From Candidatus Aldehydirespirator sp. (lineage in GTDB: Bacteria > Actinomycetota > Acidimicrobiia > Acidimicrobiales > Aldehydirespiratoraceae): a DNA stretch of 64,000 nt. A program made the position numbers and the translations under genes. The notes under the pieces were generated by a model. The model ran no database searches, was not told where the DNA came from, and was given only the letters and a program-made list of their open reading frames with translations. The stretch lies in contig OZ242020.1 in assembly GCA_965204875.1 (NCBI GenBank), forward strand, positions 104,992-168,991, written 5' to 3'. Every line of letters starts with the position of its first letter. Positions within the stretch are counted from its first letter, which is position 1. This document shows, one piece after another, positions 55,752 through 64,000 of this stretch.

Positions 55752-55826
55752 TGGGCCGTAGGGGATTTGAACCTCTGACCTCCTGCGTGTCGAGCAGGCG
55801 CTCTAACCAGGCTGAGCTAACGGCCC
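55752..55826 (-). tRNA. tRNA-Val (anticodon GAC) with non-canonical features
   Basis: The reverse complement GGGCCGTTAGCTCAGCCTGGTTAGAGCG-CCTGC-TCGACAC-GCAGG-AGGTC-AGAGGTTCAAATCCCCT-ACGGCCCA folds as a cloverleaf. Position 33 reads C and the T-stem has one A.C mismatch. Confidence 0.7.
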
Positions 55827-56015
55827 CGAGGCTTCGCAGGCTAGCAGGCGCGGCCGGCACGCGTGCCGATCAAGGACGTAGATGAGCGCTCATTCCAGAT
55901 CGAGGAGCAGCCAACCGCCGCTCCGCCGAGGCCCGGCACGGAGCCGACCTCCCCATAGCGCCGACAACGGGACATCTAGACAGCCCCGAGTAGCACATGC
56001 GCCCTGTTAGCATGG

Positions 56016-57398
56016 GTGCCGGTGGGCGAGATGGTGGCGAGTGAGGCGTGGCTGCCCTCAGCGGGCGGGCTGCAACGGCGGCGCTATCACGGCTACCTGC
56101 CCGACCCGCTGAGCGACTGGGCCCCCGAGCCGGACGCCGCGTTGCAGGCTGCGATCGATGCCGCCGATCAGCACTGCGCCCGGATCGGCCGCATGGGAGG
56201 CGCACCGCTGGGGGTTGCCGTGGCGTCCTGGGTGGTCGCACGCGACGAGAGCATCCAGTCGAGCATCATCGAAGGCATCCGCACATCGAGGGATGCCCTC
56301 GCCTGGGCGCAGTACCGAGAGCGCACCGGTCAGCCGATATTCGACGCGAACAGCGCGCTGACGCTGGGCGCGGGGCGGCAACTCGAGGCCGCCCGCGAGT
56401 TGGGCGAGCGCATGAGAGAGGGCGAGGCCTGCCGCGTGGAGGACTTGCGTGCGCTGCACGCGGCCCTCTGCGAGAACACCCCTGATCGCCACATTGCCGG
56501 AGTCGTGCGGCATGAGCCCATCTGGATAGGCCCTCCCAACTGCCGGATCGAAGATGCTGCCTTCGTGGCGCCGCCGCCCTCGTATGTGCCCGATCTGCTG
56601 GAGGACTTGACGCATTACATCAACTCGGCACGTCACTCTCCGGCGTTTCAAGCCGCCGCCGCTCACGCACAGTTCGAGGCGATCCACCCGTTCGAGGACG
56701 GCAACGGCAGAACCGGCAGGGCACTCATCCACGCGGTGCTCATAGCCCGAGGAGTGGTGAACGGCGCAGTGCCCATCAGTTCCACGCTCGAACGCGAGCG
56801 CCGTGAATATTATGCGGCGCTCAACGAGTCGCATGTGCTGTGCGCGCCCGGCGACTCGCGGGCACGCCTGTCCGGATTGAGCAGATGGCTGCTGCTGTTC
56901 CGGGACGCCGCCGCCGAAGCCGAGGAGCACGTTCGGCATGCTCTCGAATCTGCCGAGGCGTTAATCTCCCAATGGCGCAATAGGGCGCGTCTGAGAGCGG
57001 GGAGCGGCGCGACCGCGCTCCTAGAGGCGCTGCCGTCAATGCCGATCTTGACGGCTGACATGGCTGCCCGAAGATTGGGCATGAGTCCCAAGTCCGCACG
57101 CACCGCGATACGCACGCTGACACGGGCAGGCATTCTCAAGCCGATCGGCGGCAAGCGCAACGGGCGCTACACGGTGCCCGACGTCATCGAGTTGATCCCG
57201 ACCACTACGCCGGAAGGGGGCGCGGTGGCGGCCAACTACAGCACCGCGGCAGCCGCAGCGTCATCGCTGTTGGACGCCTTGCCACCCAACGCCGCCGCCA
57301 GGCAGCATATCGTGTGCGCGTACCTGGGCCCGCGCTCCAAGAAGCCCTGCCTGCTGCCCAAAGGCCACGGCGGTCAGCACCGCTACACAACCCGGTGA
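56016..57398 (+). CDS. Fic family protein
   Basis: Fic motif HPFEDGNGRTGRAL and a C-terminal wHTH-like region. The start is uncertain. Confidence 0.85.
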   Translation: MPVGEMVASEAWLPSAGGLQRRRYHGYLPDPLSDWAPEPDAALQAAIDAADQHCARIGRMGGAPLGVAVASWVVARDESIQSSIIEGIRTSRDALAWAQYRERTGQPIFDANSALTLGAGRQLEAARELGERMREGEACRVEDLRALHAALCENTPDRHIAGVVRHEPIWIGPPNCRIEDAAFVAPPPSYVPDLLEDLTHYINSARHSPAFQAAAAHAQFEAIHPFEDGNGRTGRALIHAVLIARGVVNGAVPISSTLERERREYYAALNESHVLCAPGDSRARLSGLSRWLLLFRDAAAEAEEHVRHALESAEALISQWRNRARLRAGSGATALLEALPSMPILTADMAARRLGMSPKSARTAIRTLTRAGILKPIGGKRNGRYTVPDVIELIPTTTPEGGAVAANYSTAAAAASSLLDALPPNAAARQHIVCAYLGPRSKKPCLLPKGHGGQHRYTTR

Positions 57399-57733
57399 GA
57401 TCGGATTGGGCCTGCCCGGCCGGCACGGCCGGATCGCTCCACTCATTGAAGGCCCCAAGCCAGGCTGCTGCCCGGAAGCCGTTGTCCCACTGTTCGCGCT
57501 CCGTCATCCGCAGGGGCACCACACAGGCTGATTGAAGACCGCGGCCTGCCCTCAACCGTCACGCTGAGGCAGAGCAAGCGCAACGCCGCATCACCCTTCC
57601 CTCCAGTAAGTGCCCAGTAGCGCTGCTGTGCGCCTGTGGATTGGCCCACCAATGCCGGATGCGCTCGTAGGCGCCCAGCGGCGCGGGGCGCGCCCCCCAC
57701 GACCTCCCGGAGGTCGGGGCGGCTGCGCGATCG

Positions 57734-57808
57734 AGCGCCGGGCGGGATTTGAACCCGCGGCTTCACGGCTTTGCAGGCCGTTCCCTTCGGCCACTCGGGC
57801 ACCGGCGC
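57734..57808 (-). tRNA. tRNA-Cys (anticodon GCA)
   Basis: The reverse complement GCGCCGGTGCCCGAGTGGCCGAAGGGA-ACGGC-CTGCAAA-GCCGT...GCGGGTTCAAATCCCGC-CCGGCGCT closely resembles actinobacterial tRNA-Cys. Confidence 0.85.
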
Positions 57809-57944
57809 GGGGTTCCAAGCGTACCGGCGACACCGGCGCCTGCCGCGGCCTCCGGCGGTCGCAGCGGACTCCTTCAGTTCGCAGCAATGACGGTGTACGT
57901 TGTTGGGTTATCGCCGCGGCCTCCGGCGGTCGCAGCGGACTCCG

Positions 57945-58577
57945 TCAGCGCCGGCGGGAGCGGGCGGCCACCGCTGCGGTCACCGACGCCGCCCCCGCCG
58001 AGTGCAGGCACCTCGCGACCGCACGCAACGTTGCGCCGGTGAGCATCACGTCGTCCACAAGCACTATGTGGCGGTCCGCAACCGGCTCCAGCGCCATGTA
58101 ACCCAACCCTGCGGCAACCTCGTCGTGCGCCTCGGGCTCGACGTCTTGCATCTTGGGCGAATCGCGCCGGCGGCCGAGGAGGCCGGGGCGCCACTCCCCC
58201 GCCCCGGCTGCCGCCAACGCTCGCGCCAGATGCGAAGCCACGGTCGCAGCGCGCCCCCTCGTTGCCGCGTGATCGACCTGGGTGAGTGGCGCATAGGCGT
58301 CATCGGATGCCCGACCGGGCCGCGACACCAGGGTCGGATCGCCCTGCCCCGTGGCCGATGGCGGCCCCGAGGGCACGCCCGTGACCAGGTTCGGCGGGCC
58401 GCCCGATGGCACGGGGATCCGGGCCGCCAGGCCCGCGAAGCGAACGGCGAGCCGGGCCGCCGCCGCCGGGTCGTCCAAGTCCCGGGCCCTGTGCACCAGC
58501 AGGCCGACCTCGGTGCGGACATTGCCGGCGGGTCTCCAGTAGTCGTCGAGCACATGCAGGCTCTCGACGCCTCGCAT
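57945..58577 (-). CDS. ComF-family phosphoribosyltransferase-like protein
   Basis: C-terminal PRTase motif HIVLVDDVMLTGATL. The listed start at 58622 overlaps tRNA-Gly, so an internal start (ATG at 58577 or later) is more likely. Confidence 0.6.
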   Translation of the reverse strand: MRGVESLHVLDDYWRPAGNVRTEVGLLVHRARDLDDPAAAARLAVRFAGLAARIPVPSGGPPNLVTGVPSGPPSATGQGDPTLVSRPGRASDDAYAPLTQVDHAATRGRAATVASHLARALAAAGAGEWRPGLLGRRRDSPKMQDVEPEAHDEVAAGLGYMALEPVADRHIVLVDDVMLTGATLRAVARCLHSAGAASVTAAVAARSRRR

Positions 58578-58580
58578 CGG

Positions 58581-58653
58581 AGCGGACGACCGGCCTCGAA
58601 CCGGCGACCTCAACCTTGGCAAGGTTGCGCTCTACCAACTGAGCTACGTCCGC
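58581..58653 (-). tRNA. tRNA-Gly (anticodon GCC)
   Basis: The reverse complement GCGGACGTAGCTCAGTTGGTAGAGCG-CAACC-TTGCCAA-GGTTG-AGGTC-GCCGGTTCGAGGCCGGT-CGTCCGCT. Confidence 0.9.
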
Positions 58654-58759
58654 GAAGAAGCGACGATGCTAGCGCCGCACTCCAGCACCGACACCGGCAC
58701 CCAGACATCAGACACCGCTGAGCCGGTCGTTGCCGAAGGGAGAGGAAACAGTTTCGGCT

Positions 58760-59770
58760 CTAGTGGCGGTCGCCGGGCGCGGCGGGCGACCCGGGCGCAT
58801 CGCGCACGCTGACCGCCGCGGCGCGCAAGGACCCGGCCACTGCATCGGCATCAGCGAGCTCCGCCTCCTGATCGGCACTGATCGGCAGCAGCCTCTCCAG
58901 CGGGGAGCGCGCCTCCGCGGACGCGTGCGCCAGCAGTTCGGCGGCGGCTGCTAGGTGGTCTGCGGCATTCTGATCGTTGGTCTGTTCCGTCATCTCCTGA
59001 GTGGAAGACGCATATCCGGCAAAGCGCCAGTTTGTGAACGCCCCCTTGGAATCGCGCGGCAGGGCACCGAGGGCAGCAGACACCGCCGCGTGAACATCCT
59101 GCTCGTCAACGAGCGCATCAAGCATCTTCTCTATCTTGTGATCGCGGTCGAGGACGCGCCCCTTGCGCAGGCGTCCTATCGCGTTCAGCGATGACTCGAG
59201 GCAAAAGTGGGAGTCTTCCAACATGTTCAGCAGCGCCCACGACCCGGGACGATCTTCGCTAGTCGAACTATGGCTGAAGGCAGCGTCACAGGCCGAAGAT
59301 CCTTTGCGCGCGCCCTGCATAATTTCGTTGATGGCGAGCTGCCTATCGTTGCGTGCCATAGTCCACGCCGCTCCTTCCCGCTCCGCGATATCGCCGTCAA
59401 TCTCTGAATGTCCGCTCAGGGTGCGCCCGTGGCGGACGGCCTCGCTGTAAACGGACGAGCGTGCATATCGGGTGCTCCAGGCAAGCTGCCGCGGCGTCAC
59501 CGGCATAGCGTCACAGTCGAAACCGGTGACGCCATGCGCCCGGTCTTGCAACTCGCCCTGCAGCGCCTCGAACTCCGACTCCGAGCAGTCCGGCGTGTCC
59601 ACGACCACCAGCAGGTCGATGTCGGAGCGCTCCGTCGCCGCGTTCTTGGCGACCGAACCGAACAGCACAACCGCCTCGATCTCAGGATGCGCATCCCGAA
59701 GAGCCTCCGCGGCGCGCTGAGCATCAGCAGCAGTAGGAATGGAGGCAGCCGAGTTGCCGGGAGTGCCCAT
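58760..59770 (-). CDS. Fused nucleotidyltransferase (MNT-type) and HEPN-like protein, paralog A
   Basis: N-terminal LFGSVAKNAATERSDIDLLVVV (the GS...DxD NTase motif). The C-terminal half carries GRLRKGRVLDRDHK, which fits the HEPN Rx4-6H motif. Confidence 0.6.
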   Translation of the reverse strand: MGTPGNSAASIPTAADAQRAAEALRDAHPEIEAVVLFGSVAKNAATERSDIDLLVVVDTPDCSESEFEALQGELQDRAHGVTGFDCDAMPVTPRQLAWSTRYARSSVYSEAVRHGRTLSGHSEIDGDIAEREGAAWTMARNDRQLAINEIMQGARKGSSACDAAFSHSSTSEDRPGSWALLNMLEDSHFCLESSLNAIGRLRKGRVLDRDHKIEKMLDALVDEQDVHAAVSAALGALPRDSKGAFTNWRFAGYASSTQEMTEQTNDQNAADHLAAAAELLAHASAEARSPLERLLPISADQEAELADADAVAGSLRAAAVSVRDAPGSPAAPGDRH

Positions 59771-59889
59771 AACGCGAGACGCCTCCTGCGGAGCGGGGTC
59801 ATCGGCAGCCTAATCGAAACGCCCCTTGACGCCCCTGTGGGCCGTGGGTAGGGAAACGGGTCGGGCGTGCCGGGGCTTCCGGGACGCGC

Positions 59890-59919
59890 GGGAGGCCCGG
59901 CGGCGTTGCCGGGCCTCCC
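59890..59919 (-). terminator. Hairpin downstream of SLH paralog 3
   Basis: It has the same GGGAGGCCCGGC / GCCGGGCCTCCC stem as the hairpins at 18815 and 21781. Confidence 0.6.
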
Positions 59920-59952
59920 GGTCGGTGTGCCGTCTCGGGTGTTTGATGGCGT

Positions 59953-62355
59953 TTAGCCGGTGGGTTCGCTGAGTCTCACGATGCCGCTTGTGACCGGGGT
60001 GGTGCCGAGGTCGTTGGTGGCGTCGGGGGCGTTGGTGCTCGAGCGGATCAGGAACACAACGCTGCCCGAGTGGCCCGAGGTGCCGGTGTCGGGGTCGTCC
60101 ATCCAGGTTGAGAAGGTGAGGCTGCCGTCAGCGCCGGTGTAACGGGTCCGCCGGTACTGGTCCCAACCGCTGGACGCCTCGGCAGACCGCGGCATAATCA
60201 CAATATCGCGCGCTCCCGCCCTTTCAATCGAGTTCGCGTGACCGCCTGTCGGGAAGTAGAGACGTTGGATATTGAACGCAGCGCGGCTCGTGCCATCCAC
60301 ACCGACGGTGGTGTCACCGTCAGCGTCCTGGAGTTGCACCGTGATCGACACCTCATCACCATAATCGGCCGCCACGAACGTCGAGCTTGTGGTCCCGGAC
60401 GTGAACGACTTGTCAGTCTTGGCACCGTTGGACATCACGGTAATCTTGGTAGCCGCGTCGCCGGCGGGCACGGTCGTGGTCACCGCGGACCCAGAAGTCG
60501 TGCGCGCACCCTCCGACACATGCACAATGACCACATGCATCCGCTTGTTCGGAACAGCAGTGATCGCAGACGATGCCGGACCGTTGATCTCCTCCACAAG
60601 ATGAACTACCAGCGTGCGCCTGTCACCCGCAGTGCCCGGGGTCGGATCCGCCGGCGCCATAACAGCGAACGAAGCCATACCCGTGCTATCGGTCTTCAGA
60701 GTATGCTGAGCAACGGTAGCATCGTTTCGAGTGGAATTGAGATAGTCGTTAGCAACAACCTTCGGCGTAGCACTACTGAACTGAGAAGGGTTCTTTAGGT
60801 GAGTATCGATGTCGACCTGCCGAACATCAATCAACACAGGGTTCGTGCCGTCCACACCGAACGCGGCGCGCTTCACCTTGTCACCATCATTCTCGTCGGT
60901 GTACAACAACTGCACCGTGAACTGCGACCAGTCACCGAACTTCATCTGGTAATAGTCACCGCCACCACTAAAGGTGGCCTTGGTAGCCGCAACCTTCTCA
61001 TCATCAGGCGTGATACTCAACGACTCGGCCGCCACCTGACCCAACGGCATAGTAGTCGTAGTCGTCGTAGTGGTCGTAGTAGGCGTAGTCGTCGTCGTCG
61101 TCGTGGTCGTCGTGGCGGAACCGCCGCCGCCGCCTGCTGGGGCGGCGGGAACGACCGCGGTCGCGGCCGGCACCGTGACAGCGTCAGGATCACCGGCGAT
61201 GCGCAACTCGAACCCGTCCACACTGCTGTCGTTGTAAGAATCGCCCCGGTCGCCGGACCAGACCCACACCGTCACACCACGACCGATGGTCGCGGCGGCC
61301 AGCTCGTCCAGCTTCACATCACCATCGGCGCCGGTGACCGGATCACGCGCGTCGACCGCGCACGCCGTCGAGGTGCGATTCACGCTCCGCACGAGCGCGT
61401 TGCACCCGCCCCGCAGATCAAACGCCCGATAGCGGCGCTGCGTGCTCACATAGAACCCGTCAACCGGCGCACCAGCCACCGGCATGAACATTGCGTCGCG
61501 CACCGACACCACCACCGTGTTGCCATCGGCCTGCGCGGTCACGCCAGCGGGGCGCACACCCGTGTGCGCCAACCAGCGCGACACGAACGATGCCAGGTTC
61601 TTGCGCAGCACACGACCCTCAGGATCAAACTTGCTCCCATCGCTGGCGCTGCCCGTCGTCAACCCCAACTCGAACCCATAACTCGCCGCCGTGCCCACAC
61701 GTCCCGAACGCGCGTCGCTGAAATGATCCAGGCTGCCCTCGCCGAGCTTCAACGCGCCCGACGCGTCGAACAGGCCCGGGCTCGCCAACCGCAACAACCC
61801 CACAAGCGCCGCCACCGTCTCAGCACGCGTCACCGGCACACCGGACATGGCACCGTCACCCGAGAGCACACCGGCGGCGGCCAACGCCGCCACAGCACGC
61901 CGGGTCTCATTGTCCATCGCGGCGTCGCCATCCATCCCGGCGTCATCTTCGGCGTCACCGAACTCAACCCCCGCGAGCACCGCCGCCCGATACAACACCA
62001 ACGCCAACTCCGCACGCGACACCACCGCACCGGCACCGAACCGGTCCTCAGACGCGCTCACGGCGACCCCGTAATACGCCAGACAGTTCACCGCGTCCTC
62101 AGCGCCGATACCCGCAACATCCACAAACCCCGCATCCCCCAACGCGTCACCAAAACACGCAGAAAACACCGGCAACACATCAGCCTCCGCGCCGCTGCCG
62201 CCCACAGGCGCGGCCCCAGCAGGAGCCGCTGCCACAACCCCACCAACCAAACCAACCACCAACAACACACACCACAACAAACCACCACCACCACCACGGC
62301 GGCGGCCGGCTACAACATCAGCCAGCCCCCCCCCCGCGGCGAGAACCACTACCAA
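59953..62355 (-). CDS. SLH-domain surface protein with a shorter poly-Thr linker, paralog 3; the conserved start is apparently out of frame
   Basis: The architecture matches paralogs 1 and 2. The ORF track starts this ORF at a TTG (MVVVLAAGGG...). The conserved RBS and ATG-TCT-CTG-ATG lie a few nt upstream in a different frame. Confidence 0.7.
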   Translation of the reverse strand: MVVVLAAGGGLADVVAGRRRGGGGGLLWCVLLVVGLVGGVVAAAPAGAAPVGGSGAEADVLPVFSACFGDALGDAGFVDVAGIGAEDAVNCLAYYGVAVSASEDRFGAGAVVSRAELALVLYRAAVLAGVEFGDAEDDAGMDGDAAMDNETRRAVAALAAAGVLSGDGAMSGVPVTRAETVAALVGLLRLASPGLFDASGALKLGEGSLDHFSDARSGRVGTAASYGFELGLTTGSASDGSKFDPEGRVLRKNLASFVSRWLAHTGVRPAGVTAQADGNTVVVSVRDAMFMPVAGAPVDGFYVSTQRRYRAFDLRGGCNALVRSVNRTSTACAVDARDPVTGADGDVKLDELAAATIGRGVTVWVWSGDRGDSYNDSSVDGFELRIAGDPDAVTVPAATAVVPAAPAGGGGGSATTTTTTTTTTPTTTTTTTTTTMPLGQVAAESLSITPDDEKVAATKATFSGGGDYYQMKFGDWSQFTVQLLYTDENDGDKVKRAAFGVDGTNPVLIDVRQVDIDTHLKNPSQFSSATPKVVANDYLNSTRNDATVAQHTLKTDSTGMASFAVMAPADPTPGTAGDRRTLVVHLVEEINGPASSAITAVPNKRMHVVIVHVSEGARTTSGSAVTTTVPAGDAATKITVMSNGAKTDKSFTSGTTSSTFVAADYGDEVSITVQLQDADGDTTVGVDGTSRAAFNIQRLYFPTGGHANSIERAGARDIVIMPRSAEASSGWDQYRRTRYTGADGSLTFSTWMDDPDTGTSGHSGSVVFLIRSSTNAPDATNDLGTTPVTSGIVRLSEPTG

Positions 62356-62540
62356 CCATCAGAGACATCTGAGCCTCCCCTTTCTCTCGAACGCCGGCAG
62401 AACCCCGCCGACCCGGCTAGACGGCACAACCCTAACACCACCGGCCGGCAACACGCCAACCCCGGCAGCACCAGAGCCACACCACCCACCAACATACCCA
62501 AGCCGCCCCCCGGCACGCAACAACCACAAACCCTCAAGGC
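62356..62540 (-). promoter_or_regulatory. Conserved leader/promoter module of SLH paralog 3
   Basis: It is homologous to the other two leaders. Here the poly-C run next to aacata is interrupted (ccc aag ccg cccccc). Confidence 0.45.
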
Positions 62541-62790
62541 CGAGAACGGCCGGCTAGCAGCGCATGGACATCATCCAAGCGCCTGCACGAACTGCGACGC
62601 CCCAGCCGGCTCGCCCCCCTGCTGCCGACGACGGCCCCCCGACGGCACGTCCGTGACCAGATCCGGCAGGCCGACCGACGAACCGGGGACCTGAGCTGCA
62701 AGGCACCGGTCGCTTGACACGACGCATCGCACAAGCACGTTGCCGCACTGGCGCGGACGCGGCACGCCGCCGGCAGGAACAGCTTCGGCT

Positions 62791-63801
62791 CTAGTGGCGG
62801 TCGCCGGGCGCTGCGGGCGAACCGGGCGCATCGCGCACGCTGACCGCCGCAGCGCGCAAGGACTCGGCCACTGCATCGGCATCAGCGAGCTCCTCCTCCT
62901 GATCGGCGCTGATCGGCGGCAGCCTCTCCAGCGAGCCGCGCGCCTCTGCTGCCGCGTATCTCAAGAGTGCCGCCGCAGCTTCCAGATGAGCCGCAGCGTT
63001 CTCCTCGGTTGTCTCAGCCATCAGCTTCGGGGTTGCCCCAGCGTAGAGCGCGAGCCGCCACCTCGTGAACTCGCCCTTGTCGTCGCGCGGCAGGTCGCTG
63101 AGCGCCACGGAGGCTGCCGCATACGCATCGACTTCTTCGGCTAGCTCCTCCAGCATGATCTCAATCCGATGATCGCGGTCAAGGATGCGCCCCATACGCA
63201 GGCGTCCTACCGCGTTCAGGCAGGCTTCGGCACAAGCATGGGAGCTTTCCAACGCGTCCTGCAGTGTCCGCAGTCGCTTGCCGGCACCGCTAGAAATCAG
63301 CAACTCTCGCGCTGCTCGGTCCGCCGACTCCGCCTTCCTTGCAGCCTGCATAATTTCGTTGATGGCGAGCTGCCTATCGTTGCGTGCCATAGCCCATGCT
63401 GCCCCTTCCCGCTCAGCGATATCGCTGTCAATCTCTGAATGTCCGCTCAGGGTGCGCCCGTGGCGGACGGCCTCGCTGTAAACCGACGAGCGCGCATATC
63501 GGGTACTCCAGGCAAGCTGCCGCGGCGTCACCGGCATAGCGTCACAGTCGAAACCGGTGACGCTATGCACCCGGTCTTGCAACTCGCCCTGCAGCGCCTC
63601 GAACTCCGACTCCGAGCAGTCCGGCGTGTCCACGACCACCAGCAGGTCGATGTCGGAGCGCTCCGTCGCCGCGTTCTTGGCGACCGAGCCGAACAGCACA
63701 ACCGCCTCGATCTCAGGATGCGCATCCCGAAGAGCCTCCGCAGCACGTTGAGCATCAGCAGCAGTAGGAATGGAGGCAGTGGAGTTGCTAGGAGTGCTCA
63801 T
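62791..63801 (-). CDS. Fused nucleotidyltransferase (MNT-type) and HEPN-like protein, paralog B
   Basis: It has the same length (336 aa) as paralog A. The first ~135 and last ~45 residues are nearly identical to paralog A, the middle has diverged, and RMGRILDRDHR is conserved. Confidence 0.6.
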   Translation of the reverse strand: MSTPSNSTASIPTAADAQRAAEALRDAHPEIEAVVLFGSVAKNAATERSDIDLLVVVDTPDCSESEFEALQGELQDRVHSVTGFDCDAMPVTPRQLAWSTRYARSSVYSEAVRHGRTLSGHSEIDSDIAEREGAAWAMARNDRQLAINEIMQAARKAESADRAARELLISSGAGKRLRTLQDALESSHACAEACLNAVGRLRMGRILDRDHRIEIMLEELAEEVDAYAAASVALSDLPRDDKGEFTRWRLALYAGATPKLMAETTEENAAAHLEAAAALLRYAAAEARGSLERLPPISADQEEELADADAVAESLRAAAVSVRDAPGSPAAPGDRH

Positions 63802-64000
63802 AACGCGGGACGCCTCCTACGGAACGGGGTCATCGGCAGTCTAATCGAGACATCCCCGTGCGCACGCGCCGCCCCAGCGGTACGACCTCGCCGCCAACCA
63901 CGAAACTGAGCGTCCCAGCGCGCACGCGCCGCTCCAGAACCCAGAGCCACAACGCCACCGCCGGACACAGCTGCTCAGAGCCCTGCCCACGATCGGGACT

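Noticed and set aside
55660-55860. Small ORFs overlapping tRNA genes (also 57443..57802)
   Set aside because: Their translations (for example ...LDTQEVRGSNPL..., ...MPEWPKGTACKAVKPRVQIPPGA...) are the familiar artefact of translating through tRNA sequences.
58578-58622. First 15 codons of the ComF-like ORF
   Set aside because: They overlap tRNA-Gly (58581..58653) on the same strand, so an internal start is more plausible.

Overview
The window is a high-GC segment (about 70% by eye) that resembles an actinobacterial chromosome. It is densely coded. Most genes are housekeeping or metabolic: a heterodimeric ABC exporter plus a third ABC ATPase, murF and ddl, aconitase, citrate synthase, aceK, chorismate mutase, a 2+2 thiolase/DUF35 cluster, an acyl-CoA carboxyltransferase, an amidase and an M23 peptidase. 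Lower-GC patches interrupt this background at about 1-640, 50.6-52.0 kb and 54.1-55.7 kb. There are four tRNAs: Val-CAC, plus a Gly-Cys-Val set that has been split by inserted genes.

Five things stand out.
1. There are three paralogous SLH / poly-Thr surface proteins: a tandem pair at 18.9-24.4 kb and a third at 60.0-62.4 kb. They share a conserved leader of about 170 nt, the start peptide MSLMV and a terminator hairpin, and each has a variable central region. All three carry a homopolymeric G tract in codons 9-13, and they carry a G tract of variable length next to a TATGTT -10-like box. In the third copy the conserved start is out of frame with the long ORF.
2. A herA-sbcD(mre11)-sbcC(rad50)-nurA-like operon has the gene order known from archaea.
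3. Tandem duplications of gene junctions recur across the window. Several of them create chains of mini-ORFs that keep the ATGA/GTGA/TGATG stop-start overlaps. Related in-frame repeat insertions lie inside ddl and inside a reductase gene.
4. Several genes have a defence or mobile flavour: a low-GC DNA methyltransferase-HNH fusion next to a tRNA, an orphan NPPY methyltransferase, a DUF222-HNH protein, a Fic protein, and two mosaic fused MNT-HEPN-like paralogs that flank the third SLH gene.
5. A candidate lipid cluster combines an acyl-CoA reductase-HAD fusion, a LarA-like protein and a PlsC-type acyltransferase.

No CRISPR array, integrase or transposase was seen. All family assignments rest on motifs read by eye from the translations. 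Homopolymer lengths may be off by one.
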